The notes under the pieces were generated by a model. That model was not told the origin of the DNA and searched no databases. It worked only from the letters and a program-made list of their open reading frames with translations. Shown here in pieces: positions 30,350 to 41,553 of a stretch of DNA of 64,000 bases. Within the stretch, counting starts at the first letter, position 1; each line of letters starts with the position of its first letter. Source of the DNA: an uncultured Actinomycetota bacterium (GTDB lineage: Bacteria > Actinomycetota > Actinomycetes > Propionibacteriales > Nocardioidaceae); the NCBI GenBank assembly GCA_963804845.1, contig CAWDSA010000002.1:318533-382532 (forward strand), read 5' to 3'. The translations under genes and the position numbers were made by a program.

Positions 30350-31736
30350 CACAGGTTGATCATGTGGCCGGCGATGCCCTCGACGGCTTCCTTGACGGCC
30401 TCGGACAGCGTCGGGTGGGCGAAGACGTTGCGGGAGATCTCGTCGGCCGTGAGGTCCCACTTCTGCGCGAGGGTCAGCACCGGCAGCAGCTCGGTCACGT
30501 CGGGACCGATCATGTGTGCGCCGAGGATCTCGTTGTACTCCGCGTCCGCGACGACCTTCACGAAGCCGACCGCGTGGCCCAGGCCCATCGCCTTGCCGTT
30601 GGCGGAGAACGGGAACGACGCGGTCTTCACGTCGTACCCCCGCTCCTTGGCCTGCTCCTCGCTGTAGCCGAACGAGGCGACCTGGGGCTGGCAGTACGTC
30701 GCCCGCGGGACCATGTCGATGTCGACCGGCATCGTCTCCTCGCCGGCGATCAGCTCGGCGACGACGATGCCCTGCGCCTCGGCGACGTGGGCCAGCATCA
30801 GCTTTCCGGTGACGTCGCCGATGGCGTAGACGTGGTCGACGTTGGTGCGGCCGTACTCGTCGGTCTCGATCGCGCCCTTCTCGGTCGTCTTCACGCCGGT
30901 CGCGTCGAGGCCGTAGCCCTCCAGCCGCGGGGCGAAGCCGAACGCGGCGAGCATCTTGTCGGCCTCGAGCACCTCGCTGTCGCCTCCGTCGGCGGGGCTG
31001 ACGGTGACCTTGACGCCGGAGCCGGTGTCCTCGACGTTCTCGACCTTGGTCGAGAGCAGGACCTTCACGCCGAGCTTCTTGTAGTGCTTGAGCAGCTCCT
31101 TGGAGACGGCGGCGTCCTCGGTCGGGACCATCCGGTCGAGGAACTCCACGATGGTGACGTCGACGCCGAAGTTCTTCATGACGTAGGCGAACTCGACGCC
31201 GATCGCGCCGGAGCCGCCGATGATGATGCTCGACGGCAGCTCGGCGTCGAGGATCTGCTCCTCGTAGGTGACGACGTTGTCGCTGGTCTTCATCCCCGGC
31301 AGCATCCGGACCGTCGCGCCGGTGGCGAGGATCAGGTCGGTGCAGGTATAGGTCGTCCCGTCGACGTCGATCTCGGTGGCGACTTCAGCGTCCCCCACCC
31401 GTTGATCTCGGTGATCTTGTTCTTCTTCATCAGGTAGTGGACGCCCTTGACGATGCCGTCGCTCACCTTGCGCGAGCGGGCGTGCGTGGCGTCGTAGGAC
31501 ATCGTGGCGTCGCCCTCGATGCCGTAGAGGTCCTTCTCGTGAGCGAGCGTGTGGGCCAGCTCCGCGTTGCGCAGCAGCGCCTTCGAGGGGATGCACCCGA
31601 CGTTGAGGCAGACCCCGCCCCAGTACTTCTCCTCCACGACCGCGACCCGCTTGCCGAGCTGGGAGGCGCGGATGGCGGCGACGTAGCCACCGGGGCCGGC
31701 GCCGAGGACCAGGACATCGAAGTGGTTGTCGCTCAC
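30349..31736 (-). CDS. lpdA: dihydrolipoyl dehydrogenase, single apparent frameshift at a G5 (plus-strand C5) run 31392-31396
   Basis: N-terminus [55 protein letters not shown]...KITEINGWG lies in 31332..31736. The rest, [17 protein letters not shown]...[13 protein letters not shown], lies in 30349..31596. The frames meet at GGGTGGGGGAC. Confidence 0.88.
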
Positions 31737-31801
31737 GAGTCCACCCTAGGGCTCGGTGTCGCGAGCGGCTAACCCGGTTCGAGCGCCGCTAGCCTGCTCC
31801 C

Positions 31802-32254
31802 GTGACGTTGTACGCCGCCTACGGGACCAACCTAGATCCCGCGCGCATGGGCGAGCGTTGTCCCCACTCGCCGATGCACACGACGGGGTGGTTGACCGGC
31901 TGGCGGCTGACCTTCGGTGGCGAGGAGCACGGCTGGGACGGGGCGCTCTCGACCATCGTCGAGGACCCGATCGAGCAGGTCTTCGTCGCCGTCTACGACA
32001 TCACCCGCGAGGACGAGCTGGCACTGGACGGCTGGGAGGGCGCCGACCTCGGGCTCTACCGGAAGACCAAGGTGCGGGTCTCGACGATGACCGGCGAGCT
32101 GGTCGTGTGGACCTACGTGCTCGACGCCTACGAGGGCGGGCTGCCGTCCGCGTCCTACCTCGGCGTGCTGGCCGACGCCGCCGACGCTGCCGACGCACCT
32201 GCCGACTACGTCGCCGCGCTGCGGCGGCGGCCGTGCCGGTCCACCGGGCTGTAG
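31802..32254 (+). CDS. gamma-glutamylcyclotransferase (AIG2-like) family protein
   Basis: 150 aa: MTLYAAYGTNLDPARMGERCPHSP...WRLTFGGEE... Confidence 0.7.
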   Translation: MTLYAAYGTNLDPARMGERCPHSPMHTTGWLTGWRLTFGGEEHGWDGALSTIVEDPIEQVFVAVYDITREDELALDGWEGADLGLYRKTKVRVSTMTGELVVWTYVLDAYEGGLPSASYLGVLADAADAADAPADYVAALRRRPCRSTGL

Positions 32255-32282
32255 CCCCGGTTCGGGGACTAATGTTCGCCCG

Positions 32283-33092
32283 GTGACCGAGACCCAGGAG
32301 CTCGCCCAGGAGGCGGCCGACACCCTTGCCCGGCTGACCGGCGTACCCACCCATGACATCGCGCTGGTGCTCGGCTCCGGCTGGCTGCCGGCCGTCGACG
32401 CGCTTGCCGACAAGGATGGGTGGAGTGCGACCGCCGAGATCGCGACGACCGACCTGCCGGGCTTCAGTGCCGCAGCGGTCGCGGGCCACAGCGGGAAGAT
32501 CCGCAGCATCAGGGCCGGCGACAAGAACCTGCTCGTCTTCCTGTCACGCACCCACTTCTACGAGGGCAAAGGTGTCAGGGCCGTCGTCCACCCGATCCGG
32601 ACGGCGGCCGCGGCCGGCTGCCGGGCGATCGTGCTGACCAACGGCTGCGGCGGGCTGAAGGAGACGTGGTCGCCCGGAACGCCGGTCCTCATCTCCGACC
32701 ACATCAACCTGACCGCGACGTCGCCCCTCGAGGGCGCCACGTTCGTCGACCTCACCGACCTCTACTCGCCGCGGCTGCGCGCGATGTGCCGCGAGGTCGA
32801 CCCGAGCCTCGACGAGGGGATCTACGTCCAGTTCCCGGGCCCCCACTACGAGACCCCGGCCGAGATCGCGATGGTGCGCGCCATCGGCGGCCACCTGGTG
32901 GGCATGAGTACGACGCTCGAGGCGATCGCCGCGCGCGAGGCGGGGCTGGAGGTGCTGGGCATCAGCCTGGTCACCAACCTCGCCGCCGGCATCTCCGGCG
33001 AACCGCTCAACCACGAGGAGGTCCTCGAGGCCGGGCGCAGCGCCGCCGCCCGGATGGGCGGTCTGCTCGCGGAGATCGTGGGCAGGATCTGA
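32283..33092 (+). CDS. punA: purine-nucleoside phosphorylase (trimeric PNP family)
   Basis: 269 aa: VLGSGW...GHSGKI...RTHFYEGKG...LTNGCGGL...HYETPAEIAMVRAIGGHLVGMSTTLEAIAAREAGLEVLGISLVTNLAAG. Confidence 0.9.
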   Translation: MTETQELAQEAADTLARLTGVPTHDIALVLGSGWLPAVDALADKDGWSATAEIATTDLPGFSAAAVAGHSGKIRSIRAGDKNLLVFLSRTHFYEGKGVRAVVHPIRTAAAAGCRAIVLTNGCGGLKETWSPGTPVLISDHINLTATSPLEGATFVDLTDLYSPRLRAMCREVDPSLDEGIYVQFPGPHYETPAEIAMVRAIGGHLVGMSTTLEAIAAREAGLEVLGISLVTNLAAGISGEPLNHEEVLEAGRSAAARMGGLLAEIVGRI

Positions 33093-33161
33093 GCGTGCCC
33101 ACATCTCACGAGGCCAGCTGACCCTCGCCGGGAGCAGCCCGGTCGTGTTTGAGTGGTCGGC

Positions 33162-33464
33162 ATGAGCGAGACACAGGACGAACAAGACCAGGAGCAGGAG
33201 CAGGAGCCCGACCAGCAGGGGGGCGACAAGGAGCCGGGGACGGCCGGACTCCCCGACGCCGACGAGGTCAGTGACGAGAAGAAGGCCCAGCTCGACAAGG
33301 AGCGCGAGGAACGGCTCGACGACGACAACCGGCCCGACGGCGCCGAGGTCGACAACACCGAACGCGACTTCGACGACGCTGCCGGCATGTTCACCGACAA
33401 CCCCGACCACTCGGAGGACGAGAAGCCCTACGTCACCGAGGCCGACAAGCAAGAGGACGCGTGA
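33162..33464 (+). CDS. highly acidic, probably disordered small protein
   Basis: MSETQDEQDQEQEQEPDQQGGDKEPG... Stop overlaps the next gene's GTG (GTGA at 33461). Confidence 0.45.
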   Translation: MSETQDEQDQEQEQEPDQQGGDKEPGTAGLPDADEVSDEKKAQLDKEREERLDDDNRPDGAEVDNTERDFDDAAGMFTDNPDHSEDEKPYVTEADKQEDA

Positions 33465-34249
33465 GGGTCCTCGTCACCGGGGCGGCGGGCAGCATCGGCC
33501 GCGTCCTCTGCCCGGGCCTCATCGACCGCGGCCACGAGGTCGTCGGCGCCGACCTGCTGCCGACGCCCGACGGCTGGGACGGGCCGTGGCACGCCCTCGA
33601 CTGCGCTGACGGCCAGGCGGTCGACGCGGTCGTGTCGGCCGAGCGGCTCGACGGGATCGTCCATCTCGCCGGCATCCCGGACGAACGCGGGCTGCAGGAG
33701 TCACTGGTCTCCCACGCCGTCACCACCGCGGCGCTGCTGGACGCGATGGTCGCCCACGACGTGTCGCGGATCGTCTATGCCTCGTCCAACCACGCCGTCG
33801 GTCGTACGCCGCGCACCGACTCGCTCGGCATCGACGTCCGCCCGCGCCCCGACACCTTCTACGGCGTCGGCAAGGTCGCGGCGGAGGCGGTGCTCTCGCT
33901 CTACGCCGACCGCTACGGCATCGACGCGGTCAGCTGCCGGATCGGTTCGTTCCGGGACGAGCCGTCGACGCTGCGGAACCTGTCGACCTGGCTGTCCCAC
34001 GACGACTGCGTCCGGATGATCGAGGCCGGACTGACCACGCCGTCCCCCGGCTACGCCGTCCTCTACGGCATCAGCGCCAACACCCGCGCGTGGTGGGACC
34101 TCGAGCCCGGCCGGGCGCTGGGCTACGAACCCGAGGACGACGCCGAGGAGTGGGCCGACCAGATCCCCGAGCGCGCCGAGGACGACGTCGAGGGATCGGC
34201 GGTCGGTGGACCGTTCGTCACCGAGGAGTTCTGGCGGCCCGCCCTGTGA
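33461..34249 (+). CDS. NAD-dependent epimerase/dehydratase family protein
   Basis: MRVLVTGAAGSIGRVL (GxxGxxG), SS...YGVGK (YxxxK) catalytic motif. Confidence 0.85.
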   Translation: MRVLVTGAAGSIGRVLCPGLIDRGHEVVGADLLPTPDGWDGPWHALDCADGQAVDAVVSAERLDGIVHLAGIPDERGLQESLVSHAVTTAALLDAMVAHDVSRIVYASSNHAVGRTPRTDSLGIDVRPRPDTFYGVGKVAAEAVLSLYADRYGIDAVSCRIGSFRDEPSTLRNLSTWLSHDDCVRMIEAGLTTPSPGYAVLYGISANTRAWWDLEPGRALGYEPEDDAEEWADQIPERAEDDVEGSAVGGPFVTEEFWRPAL

Positions 34250-34301
34250 CGGATGAGCAGGTGACCGATGACTTCGGTCCGACCGCCGGGTCCACCTGTC
34301 C

Positions 34302-35168
34302 ATGACGACGACCACCCACACCCACGACGTCGGCGACGCCGTGATCACCTACGACGTCCGCGAGCCCGCGACGCCTGACGACCGACCGCCGCTGGTCATG
34401 ATCGGCGCGCCGATGACCGCGGAGGGATTCGACACGCTCGCGTCGTACTTCACCGACCGGACGGTGGTGACCTACGACCCGCGCGGCCTGGGCCGGAGCA
34501 CCCGCAGCGACGAGTCGGTCGAGCAGACGCCGACCACCAGCGCGGCCGACCTTCACTCCCTCCTGGCGGCCCTCGGCCGCGGCCCGGTCGAGATGTTCGC
34601 CAGCAGCGGCGGCGCGGTGAACGCGCTCGCTCTGGTCGCCGCCCACCCCGACGACGTCTCGCTCCTGGTCGCCCACGAACCGCCGCTGCTCGCCGGGCTG
34701 CCGGACGCCGAGAACGCGTACGCCGCCGAGGCGGCCAACCAGGCGATCTACCACCAGCGGGGCTGGGGACCGGCGATGGCCGCCTTCATCGCGATGACGT
34801 CGTGGCAGGGCGAGTTCACCGACGACTACCTCGCCGCGACGCCGCCCGACGCGAGCGCGTTCGGCATGCCGACCGACGACGACGGCACCCGCGACGACCC
34901 GCTCCTGTCGGGCATCTCCAACGGCGTCACGGCCCACGTGCTCGACGTCGGGGGCGTGACCGCGGCGCCGACCCGCGTCGTGATGGCGGCGGGGGTGGAG
35001 TCGCGCGGCACCATCACCTGGCGTACGACGGAGGCCGCTGCGGCCGCGCTCGGCGTACCGCTGACCGAGTTCCCCAGCCACCACGGCGGCTTCCTCGGCG
35101 GCGAGTTCGGCCAGGCGGGCGAGCCCGAGGCATTTGCCGCCCGGCTGCGAGAGACGCTCGGGGGCTAG
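34302..35168 (+). CDS. alpha/beta hydrolase
   Basis: 288 aa with a nucleophile-elbow-like FASSGG motif. Confidence 0.8.
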   Translation: MTTTTHTHDVGDAVITYDVREPATPDDRPPLVMIGAPMTAEGFDTLASYFTDRTVVTYDPRGLGRSTRSDESVEQTPTTSAADLHSLLAALGRGPVEMFASSGGAVNALALVAAHPDDVSLLVAHEPPLLAGLPDAENAYAAEAANQAIYHQRGWGPAMAAFIAMTSWQGEFTDDYLAATPPDASAFGMPTDDDGTRDDPLLSGISNGVTAHVLDVGGVTAAPTRVVMAAGVESRGTITWRTTEAAAAALGVPLTEFPSHHGGFLGGEFGQAGEPEAFAARLRETLGG

Positions 35169-35605
35169 GTCAGCCGTCGGCGCAGGCCCTCGACACAACC
35201 GGCCATCATCCGCGCGTGGTTCCACGCGAGCAGCGGCCGCAGCGGGGCCGCGGCGTTCAGCATCCGGCGGCGGACCACGACCTCCTGCTCGTAGTCGAGC
35301 CGGGTGCCCGGCCCCTCCTCGGCCAGCCGCCAGCGGACCGAGCCGACCAGGTCGCCACTGATCGTGGTCTCCAGCAGGCCCGGCTCGCGGTGGATCGCGG
35401 TCAGCAGCAGGTCCAGCGTGTAGGGCAGGGTGGAGCGGCACCGCACCCAGGCGTTGTCGTCGTCGAGCTTCGCGACCGCGCGTACCTGCGGCCACCAGTC
35501 CGGGTAGTGCTCGAGGTCGACCAGGAGCGCGTGCACCCGCTCGCGCGGGGCAGCCACGGTCCAGCTCTCGCGGAACTCGAAGCCGCGGTTCATGCCCGAC
35601 CTCAT
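35165..35605 (-). CDS. SRPBCC (START/polyketide-cyclase-like) family protein
   Basis: 146 aa: FEFRESWTVAAPRERVHALLVDLEHYPDWWPQVRAV... Confidence 0.7.
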   Translation of the reverse strand: MRSGMNRGFEFRESWTVAAPRERVHALLVDLEHYPDWWPQVRAVAKLDDDNAWVRCRSTLPYTLDLLLTAIHREPGLLETTISGDLVGSVRWRLAEEGPGTRLDYEQEVVVRRRMLNAAAPLRPLLAWNHARMMAGCVEGLRRRLT

Positions 35606-36151
35606 GACAGGTCCAGCCGGCGGCTCAGCTGCTCCCAGGCGCGGGCGGCCGCCCGGCGTACCGCCTCGTCGGGGTCGTCGAGATGTTCCCGTACGACGTC
35701 GGCGTGCTCGGTGTCACCGGCGACCCCCAGCGCCCGCATCGCCGCGGCCCGGACCCGCGGCAGCTCGTGGTCGGCGAGCGCCGCCGCACCGTCCCCGGCG
35801 CCCGCGACGTCATGGGCCGCGACGACCTTCAGGCACATCTCGGCCGGCCGCCAGTGCTCGTCGTCGAGCCCGGCCACGACGGCACTCGGTCGCGGCGTCG
35901 TCCCAGACGTGCAGCAGCCCGCGGGCACCCCACGTGCGCAGCCAGTAGTCGTGCCAGGTGGTGGGGTCGCGGACCGGCTCGCCGGCCGACCAGTCGTGGC
36001 CGGTCAGCCAGGGCAGCGCGTCGAGGTGGTCCTCGCGCGGCGCGCCGCGCATCAGGTCGACGCAGACGGCGGTGAACTCGTCCCGCCCGAGCCGGTCTGC
36101 CAGCTCGACGATCAGCTCCTTGGTCGGCTGGGCCTCAGGTCGCTCCCCCAT
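35602..36151 (-). CDS. HEAT-repeat protein, one apparent frameshift near 35875-35890
   Basis: The N-terminal half lies in 35810..36151 (...WLRTWGARGLLHVWDDAAT). The C-terminal half lies in 35602..35928 (AVVAGLDDEHWRPAEMCLKVVAAHDV...LDDPDEAVRRAAARAWEQL). Confidence 0.55.
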
Positions 36152-36192
36152 GACGCCATCATGGCGCGTGCAACATCCGACGGGGCACTAGC

Positions 36193-37869
36193 GTGCCTCC
36201 CATGACTCACCCGACCCTGGGCACCGACGACCTCCTCGGCCGGGCCCGCGCCTGGGCTGCCGACGACCCCGACCCGCAGACGCGGGCCGAGCTCGAGCAG
36301 GTCGTCGCCGACGTCGAGGCGGGCGGCGACCCGGCCGACCTCGCGGACCGGTTCGCCGGCACGCTCGAGTTCGGCACCGCGGGGCTGCGCGGCGCGCTCG
36401 GAGCCGGGCCCAACCGGATGAACCGGGTCGTCGTACTGCGCGCGGCGGCCGGCCTCGCGGCGTACCTCAAGGCGGAGGGCGCGCGATCCGGCAGCCCGGT
36501 CGTGATCGGGTACGACGCGCGCTTCAACTCCGACGTCTTCGCGCGCGACACGGCAGAGGTGATGAGCGGCGCCGGGTTCAAGCCGAAGGTGATGCCGCGA
36601 CCGCTGCCGACGCCGCTGCTGGCGTTCGCGATCCGCGAGCTCGGGTGTGTCGCGGGTGTGATGGTGACCGCGAGCCACAACCCGCCGCAGGACAACGGCT
36701 ACAAGGTCTACCTCGGCGACGGGAGCCAGATCGTGCCGCCGGCCGACAGCGCGATCGCGGCCCAGATCGAGGCGGTCGGGCCGGTCGGCGACATCCCCCG
36801 CGGCGACGCCGGCAGGGTGCTCAGCGACGAGATCGTCGACCGCTACCTCGACACCGTCGCCGAGCTGGCCGCGGACGGGCCGCGCGACCTGCGCACCGTC
36901 TACACCCCGCTCCACGGCGTCGGCGGCACGTCGGTGCTGCAGGTGCTCGAGACGGCCGGCTTCGACGCGCCCCAGGTCGTCGAGCAGCAGGAGCAGCCCG
37001 ACCCGCTCTTCCCGACGGTCGCGTTCCCGAACCCCGAGGAGCCGGGCGCGATGGACCTCGCCATGGCGCTGGCCGACCGCACCGGTGCCGACCTGGTCGT
37101 GGCGAACGACCCCGACGCCGACCGGTGCGCCGCGGCCGTCCCCGGCCCCCAGGGCTGGCGGATGCTGCGCGGTGACGAGGTGGGGGCCCTGCTCGGTCAC
37201 CACCTGCTCAAGACCGGCAAGCAGGGCGTCTACGCCTGCTCGATCGTCTCCTCGTCGCTGCTCGGCAAGCTCGCCGCCGCCCACGGTCAGCCGTACGTCG
37301 AGACGCTGACCGGCTTCAAGTGGATCGGCCGCGTCGACAACCTCGCCTTCGGCTACGAGGAGGCGCTCGGCTACTGCGTCGACGCCGAGCACGTCCGCGA
37401 CAAGGACGGCGTCTCGGCGCTGCTGCTGCTCTGCGAGGTCGCCGCGGCCGCGAAGGCGGACGGGCGCAACCTGGACGACCTCCTCGACGACATCGCCCGC
37501 GAGTACGGCCTCCACGCCACCGACCAGCTGTCGGTGCGCGTCAGCGACCTGTCCGAGATCGCCCGCGCGATGGAGACGCTCCGCCGTACTCCGCCCACCT
37601 CGCTCGGCGGCCTCGCCGTCGAGCAGGTCGACGACCTCAGCGAGGGCAGCGCCGACCTCCCACCCACCGACGGCCTGCGCTACCGGCTCGCCGACGGCGC
37701 GCGGGTCATCGTCCGGCCGAGCGGCACCGAGCCCAAGCTCAAGGCCTACCTCGAGGTGGTCGTCCCGGTCGAGGCCGGCGAGGACGGTGGCGTCGACGCG
37801 GCCCGGATCTCCGCCGCCGGCCGCCTCGACGCCCTCCGCAACGACATCAAGGCCGCCGCCGGGATCTGA
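36193..37869 (+). CDS. phospho-sugar mutase (phosphomannomutase/phosphoglucomutase family; probable pentose-phosphate mutase role in this context)
   Basis: 558 aa with the active-site loop GVMVTASHNPPQDNGYKVY. Confidence 0.9.
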   Translation: MPPMTHPTLGTDDLLGRARAWAADDPDPQTRAELEQVVADVEAGGDPADLADRFAGTLEFGTAGLRGALGAGPNRMNRVVVLRAAAGLAAYLKAEGARSGSPVVIGYDARFNSDVFARDTAEVMSGAGFKPKVMPRPLPTPLLAFAIRELGCVAGVMVTASHNPPQDNGYKVYLGDGSQIVPPADSAIAAQIEAVGPVGDIPRGDAGRVLSDEIVDRYLDTVAELAADGPRDLRTVYTPLHGVGGTSVLQVLETAGFDAPQVVEQQEQPDPLFPTVAFPNPEEPGAMDLAMALADRTGADLVVANDPDADRCAAAVPGPQGWRMLRGDEVGALLGHHLLKTGKQGVYACSIVSSSLLGKLAAAHGQPYVETLTGFKWIGRVDNLAFGYEEALGYCVDAEHVRDKDGVSALLLLCEVAAAAKADGRNLDDLLDDIAREYGLHATDQLSVRVSDLSEIARAMETLRRTPPTSLGGLAVEQVDDLSEGSADLPPTDGLRYRLADGARVIVRPSGTEPKLKAYLEVVVPVEAGEDGGVDAARISAAGRLDALRNDIKAAAGI

Positions 37870-37917
37870 CCGTCCTCTGATTGTTCCGCCCACCCCGCAC
37901 AGTCCTATGCTGGCTGA

Positions 37918-38896
37918 GTGACAGCCACTTCGCTCTCCCCCGACAGGCTCGACACCGGGGACGTCGCGGAGATCACCCGGAACGACGCCTCGCTGCGCCG
38001 CTTCCTGCACGGTCTCCCGGGCGTCGACCAGGTCGGCGCCGAGGCTCGGGCCGCCGGTCTCGGCACCCGCTCCATCAAGACGACGTCGAAGGCCTACGCG
38101 CTCGACCTGGCGATCCGGATGGTCGACCTGACCACCCTCGAGGGCCAGGACACCCCGGGCAAGGTCCGGGCGCTGTCAGCCAAGGCGATGCGTCCCGACC
38201 CGGCTGACCCGACCTGTCCCGCCGCCGCGGCGGTCTGCGTCTACCCCGACATGGTCGGCATCGCCAAGGAGACCCTCGGCGACTCCGGCGTCAACGTCGC
38301 CGCCGTCGCCACCGCCTTCCCGAGCGGTCGCGCCGCGATGGACATCAAGCTGGCCGACACCCAGGACGCGGTCGAGGCCGGCGCCGACGAGATCGACATG
38401 GTCATCGACCGCGGCGCGTTCCTCTCCGGTCGCTACCTGCAGGTCTTCGAGGAGATCGCGCAGGTCCGCGCGGCGTGTGCGGCGAATGAGCGCGCACCTC
38501 AAGGTCATCTTCGAGACCGGCGAGCTGCAGACCTACGACAACGTACGGCGCGTCAGCTGGCTCGGCATGATGGCCGGCGCCCACTTCATCAAGACCTCCA
38601 CCGGCAAGGTGCAGCCCGCCGCGACCCTGCCGGTCACGCTGATCATGCTCGAGGCGGTCCGCGACTGGCGCGAGGCCACCGGCCAGATGATCGGCGTGAA
38701 GCCGGCCGGCGGCATCCGCAACGCCAAGGACGCCATCAAGTACCTGGTCATGGTCAACGAGGTCGCGGGTCCCGACTGGCTCGACCCCGACTGGTTCCGG
38801 TTCGGCGCCTCCACGCTGCTCAACGACCTGCTCATGCAGCGCACCAAGATGACCACCGGTCGCTACTCCGGCCCCGACTACTTCACGCTGGACTGA
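37918..38896 (+). CDS. deoC: deoxyribose-phosphate aldolase (long actinobacterial form), one apparent frameshift near 38470-38490
   Basis: N-terminal two thirds lie in 37918..39546 (...VCVYPDMVGIAKE...ADEIDMVIDRGAFLSGRYLQVFEEIAQVRAAC). The remainder lies in 38477..38896 (AHLKVIFETGEL...FIKTSTGK...GVKPAGGIR). Confidence 0.85.
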
Positions 38897-38902
38897 TTCC
38901 TG

Positions 38903-40339
38903 ATGACCACTTTCGACTACGCCCCCGCCCCCGAGTCGCGGAGCATCGTCGACATCAAGCCGTCCTACGGCCTGTTCGTCGGCGGCGAGTTCGTGGACGG
39001 CCACGGCAAGAGCTTCAAGACCATCAGCCCGGCCACCGAGGAGGTGCTCGCGGAGGTCGCCGAGGCGGACGCCGCCGACGTCGACCTCGCCGTCAAGGCC
39101 GCCCGGCGTGCCTACACCCGCACCTGGTCGAAGATGTCGGGCTCCGAGCGGGCCAAGTACCTCTACCGGATCGCGCGCATCATCCAGGAGCGCGGCCGCG
39201 AGCTGGCGGTGCTGGAGTCGATCGACAACGGCAAGCCGATCAAGGAGACCCGCGACGTCGACGTACCCATCGCCGCGGCGCACTTCTTCTACTACGCCGG
39301 CTGGGCAGACAAGCTCGACCACTCCGGCTACGGCAGTACGCCGCTCGGCGTGGCCGGCCAGATCATCCCGTGGAACTTCCCGCTGCTGATGCTCGCGTGG
39401 AAGATCGCGCCGGCGCTGGCCTGCGGCAACACCGTGGTGCTCAAGCCCGCGGAGACCACGCCGCTGACCGCGCTGCTGTTCGCCGAGATCTGCCAGCAGG
39501 CCGACCTGCCTGCCGGCGTCGTCAACATCGTCACCGGCGCCGGTGAGACCGGGGCCGCGCTCGTCGAGCACCCTGATGTCGACAAGGTCGCGTTCACCGG
39601 CTCGACCGGGGTCGGCAAGGCCATCGCCCGCAGCGTCGCCGGCTCGGACAAGAAGGTCACCCTCGAGCTCGGCGGCAAGGCCGCCAACATCGTCTTCGAC
39701 GACGCCCCCATCGACCAGGCCGTCGAGGGCATCGTCACCGGCATCTTCTTCAACCAGGGCCACGTCTGCTGCGCAGGCTCGCGGCTGCTGGTGCAGGAGT
39801 CGGTCGCCGACGAGGTCATGAGCCGGCTCAAGCGCCGGGTCTCGACGCTGCGCGTGGGCGACCCGCTCGACAAGAACACCGACATCGGCGCGATCAACTC
39901 TGCCGAGCAGCTCGAGCGGATCAAGACCCTCTCCGACATCGGCGAGGCCGAGGGTGCCGGGCGCTGGTCACCGCCGTGCGACCTGCCCAGCCAGGGCTTC
40001 TGGTTCCCGCCGACGATCTTCACGGGCGTCTCGCAGGCCCACCGGATCGCCCGCGAGGAGATCTTCGGCCCGGTGCTGTCGGTCCTCACCTTCCGGACGC
40101 CGAGCGAGGCGGTCGAGAAGGCCAACAACACGCCCTACGGCCTCTCGGCCGGCGTGTGGACCGACAAGGGGTCACGGATCCTCAAGATCGCCAACGAGCT
40201 GCGCGCCGGCGTGGTCTGGGCCAACACGTTCAACAAGTTCGACCCGACCTCACCGTTCGGCGGCTACAAGGAGTCCGGCTACGGCCGGGAGGGTGGCCGC
40301 CACGGGCTCGCCGGCTACTTGAAGGGTGGCGACAACTGA
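38903..40339 (+). CDS. aldehyde dehydrogenase (NAD(P)+)
   Basis: 478 aa with [16 protein letters not shown] (catalytic Glu) and [16 protein letters not shown] (catalytic Cys). Confidence 0.9.
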   Translation: MTTFDYAPAPESRSIVDIKPSYGLFVGGEFVDGHGKSFKTISPATEEVLAEVAEADAADVDLAVKAARRAYTRTWSKMSGSERAKYLYRIARIIQERGRELAVLESIDNGKPIKETRDVDVPIAAAHFFYYAGWADKLDHSGYGSTPLGVAGQIIPWNFPLLMLAWKIAPALACGNTVVLKPAETTPLTALLFAEICQQADLPAGVVNIVTGAGETGAALVEHPDVDKVAFTGSTGVGKAIARSVAGSDKKVTLELGGKAANIVFDDAPIDQAVEGIVTGIFFNQGHVCCAGSRLLVQESVADEVMSRLKRRVSTLRVGDPLDKNTDIGAINSAEQLERIKTLSDIGEAEGAGRWSPPCDLPSQGFWFPPTIFTGVSQAHRIAREEIFGPVLSVLTFRTPSEAVEKANNTPYGLSAGVWTDKGSRILKIANELRAGVVWANTFNKFDPTSPFGGYKESGYGREGGRHGLAGYLKGGDN

Positions 40340-41208
40340 TGGCACGAGTCGACGTCCGCAAGACCTACAAGCTCTACATCGGCGGAGCGTTCCCCCGCTC
40401 GGAGTCGGGACACTCCTACGTCGTGAACGACTCGAAGGGACGCTTCGTGGCCAACGCCGCCAAGGCCTCGCGCAAGGACGCCCGCGACGCGGTCCAGGCC
40501 GCCCGCTCGGCGTACAAGGGATGGGCCGGCAAGACCGCCTACAACCGCGCGCAGATCGTCTACCGGGTCGCCGAGGTCATGGAGGACCGCCGCCCGCAGT
40601 TCGTCGAGGCGCTGCGCCAGTCCGAGGGCCTGACGCCCGCCCGCGCCAACAAGGCGCTCGACGAGTCGATCGACCGGCTCGTCTGGTACGCCGGCTGGGC
40701 CGACAAGATCACCCAGGTCGTCGGCAACGCCAACCCCGTCGCCGGCCCGTTCTTCAACCTGTCGACGCCCGAGCCGACCGGTGTGGTCGCGGTCGTGGCT
40801 CCCGAGGAGTCGAGCCTGCTCGGGCTCATCAGCGTCGTCGCGCCGGTCATCGTCACCGGCAACACAGCCGTCGTGATGTCGTCGTACTCCCGTCCGCTCC
40901 CCGCGGTCACCTTCGCCGAGGTGCTCGCCACGAGCGACGTCCCCGGAGGCGTGGTGAACGTGCTGACCGGCAACCCGGCCGACACCGCGCCCTGGCTCGC
41001 CGCCCACATGGACGTCAACGCCATCGACCTCACCGGCATCGCCGGCGACCCGGAGCTGGCGACGTCCCTCGAGGTGGCTGCCGCCGACAACCTCAAGCGG
41101 GTACGCCGAGCCCCGGCCGCCGAGCCGGACTGGTCGGCCGACCCCGGCACCGACCCGATGACCGCCTTCCTCGAGGTCAAGACCGTCTGGCACCCGATCG
41201 GCGTCTGA
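40339..41208 (+). CDS. aldehyde-dehydrogenase-fold protein, short (289 aa), lacking recognisable catalytic Glu/Cys motifs
   Basis: ATG 40339 overlaps the upstream [27 protein letters not shown]... resembles an ALDH N-terminus. No ELGG or xxCxAxxR motif before the stop at 41208. Confidence 0.75.
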   Translation: MARVDVRKTYKLYIGGAFPRSESGHSYVVNDSKGRFVANAAKASRKDARDAVQAARSAYKGWAGKTAYNRAQIVYRVAEVMEDRRPQFVEALRQSEGLTPARANKALDESIDRLVWYAGWADKITQVVGNANPVAGPFFNLSTPEPTGVVAVVAPEESSLLGLISVVAPVIVTGNTAVVMSSYSRPLPAVTFAEVLATSDVPGGVVNVLTGNPADTAPWLAAHMDVNAIDLTGIAGDPELATSLEVAAADNLKRVRRAPAAEPDWSADPGTDPMTAFLEVKTVWHPIGV

Positions 41209-41274
41209 CGCCGCCTGTCCACAGGCCGACCGGAGCCGGGTTTCCCCGAGGACCTCGCGGGGCATGCTGGACGC

Positions 41275-41553
41275 ATGCACCTCGACCCCGGCGCCGTGCG
41301 CAGCGGCTGGAACCACGCGCAGAACGCGGACGACGAGATCCGTGACGCCCTCGGCCGCATCGCGGAAGCGGCGGGGAGCGGCATGGCCGACCTCGCCAGC
41401 TGTCTGAGCGACGCGGCCTCCGACATGCGCGGCGTGCTCGAGGTCGTCTCGGCCGTGGTCGCCGAGCACGGGACCAACGTCGAGGCCTGCATCGCCGACT
41501 TCCAGGCGACCGACGGGCAGAGCGCAGGTGAGTTCCATGGGTTGGCTCGATGA
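41275..41553 (+). CDS. small helical protein, EspC/DUF2580-like (type VII secretion-associated; tentative)
   Basis: 92 aa predicted all-helical, C-terminal ...ACIADFQATDGQSAGEF. Overlaps the next ORF. Confidence 0.45.
   Translation: MHLDPGAVRSGWNHAQNADDEIRDALGRIAEAAGSGMADLASCLSDAASDMRGVLEVVSAVVAEHGTNVEACIADFQATDGQSAGEFHGLAR

Noticed and set aside
31392-31396. Possibility that the lpd, cdd or meaB frame breaks represent programmed ribosomal frameshifting
   Set aside because: There is no slippery heptamer or downstream structure. The breaks sit at simple G/C runs in genes never reported to use recoding. Indel error or mutation is far more likely.
36112-38010. 632-aa minus-strand ORF
   Set aside because: It is antisense to the phospho-sugar mutase. 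It shows the repetitive Gly/Arg/Asp/Val composition of a shadow ORF.
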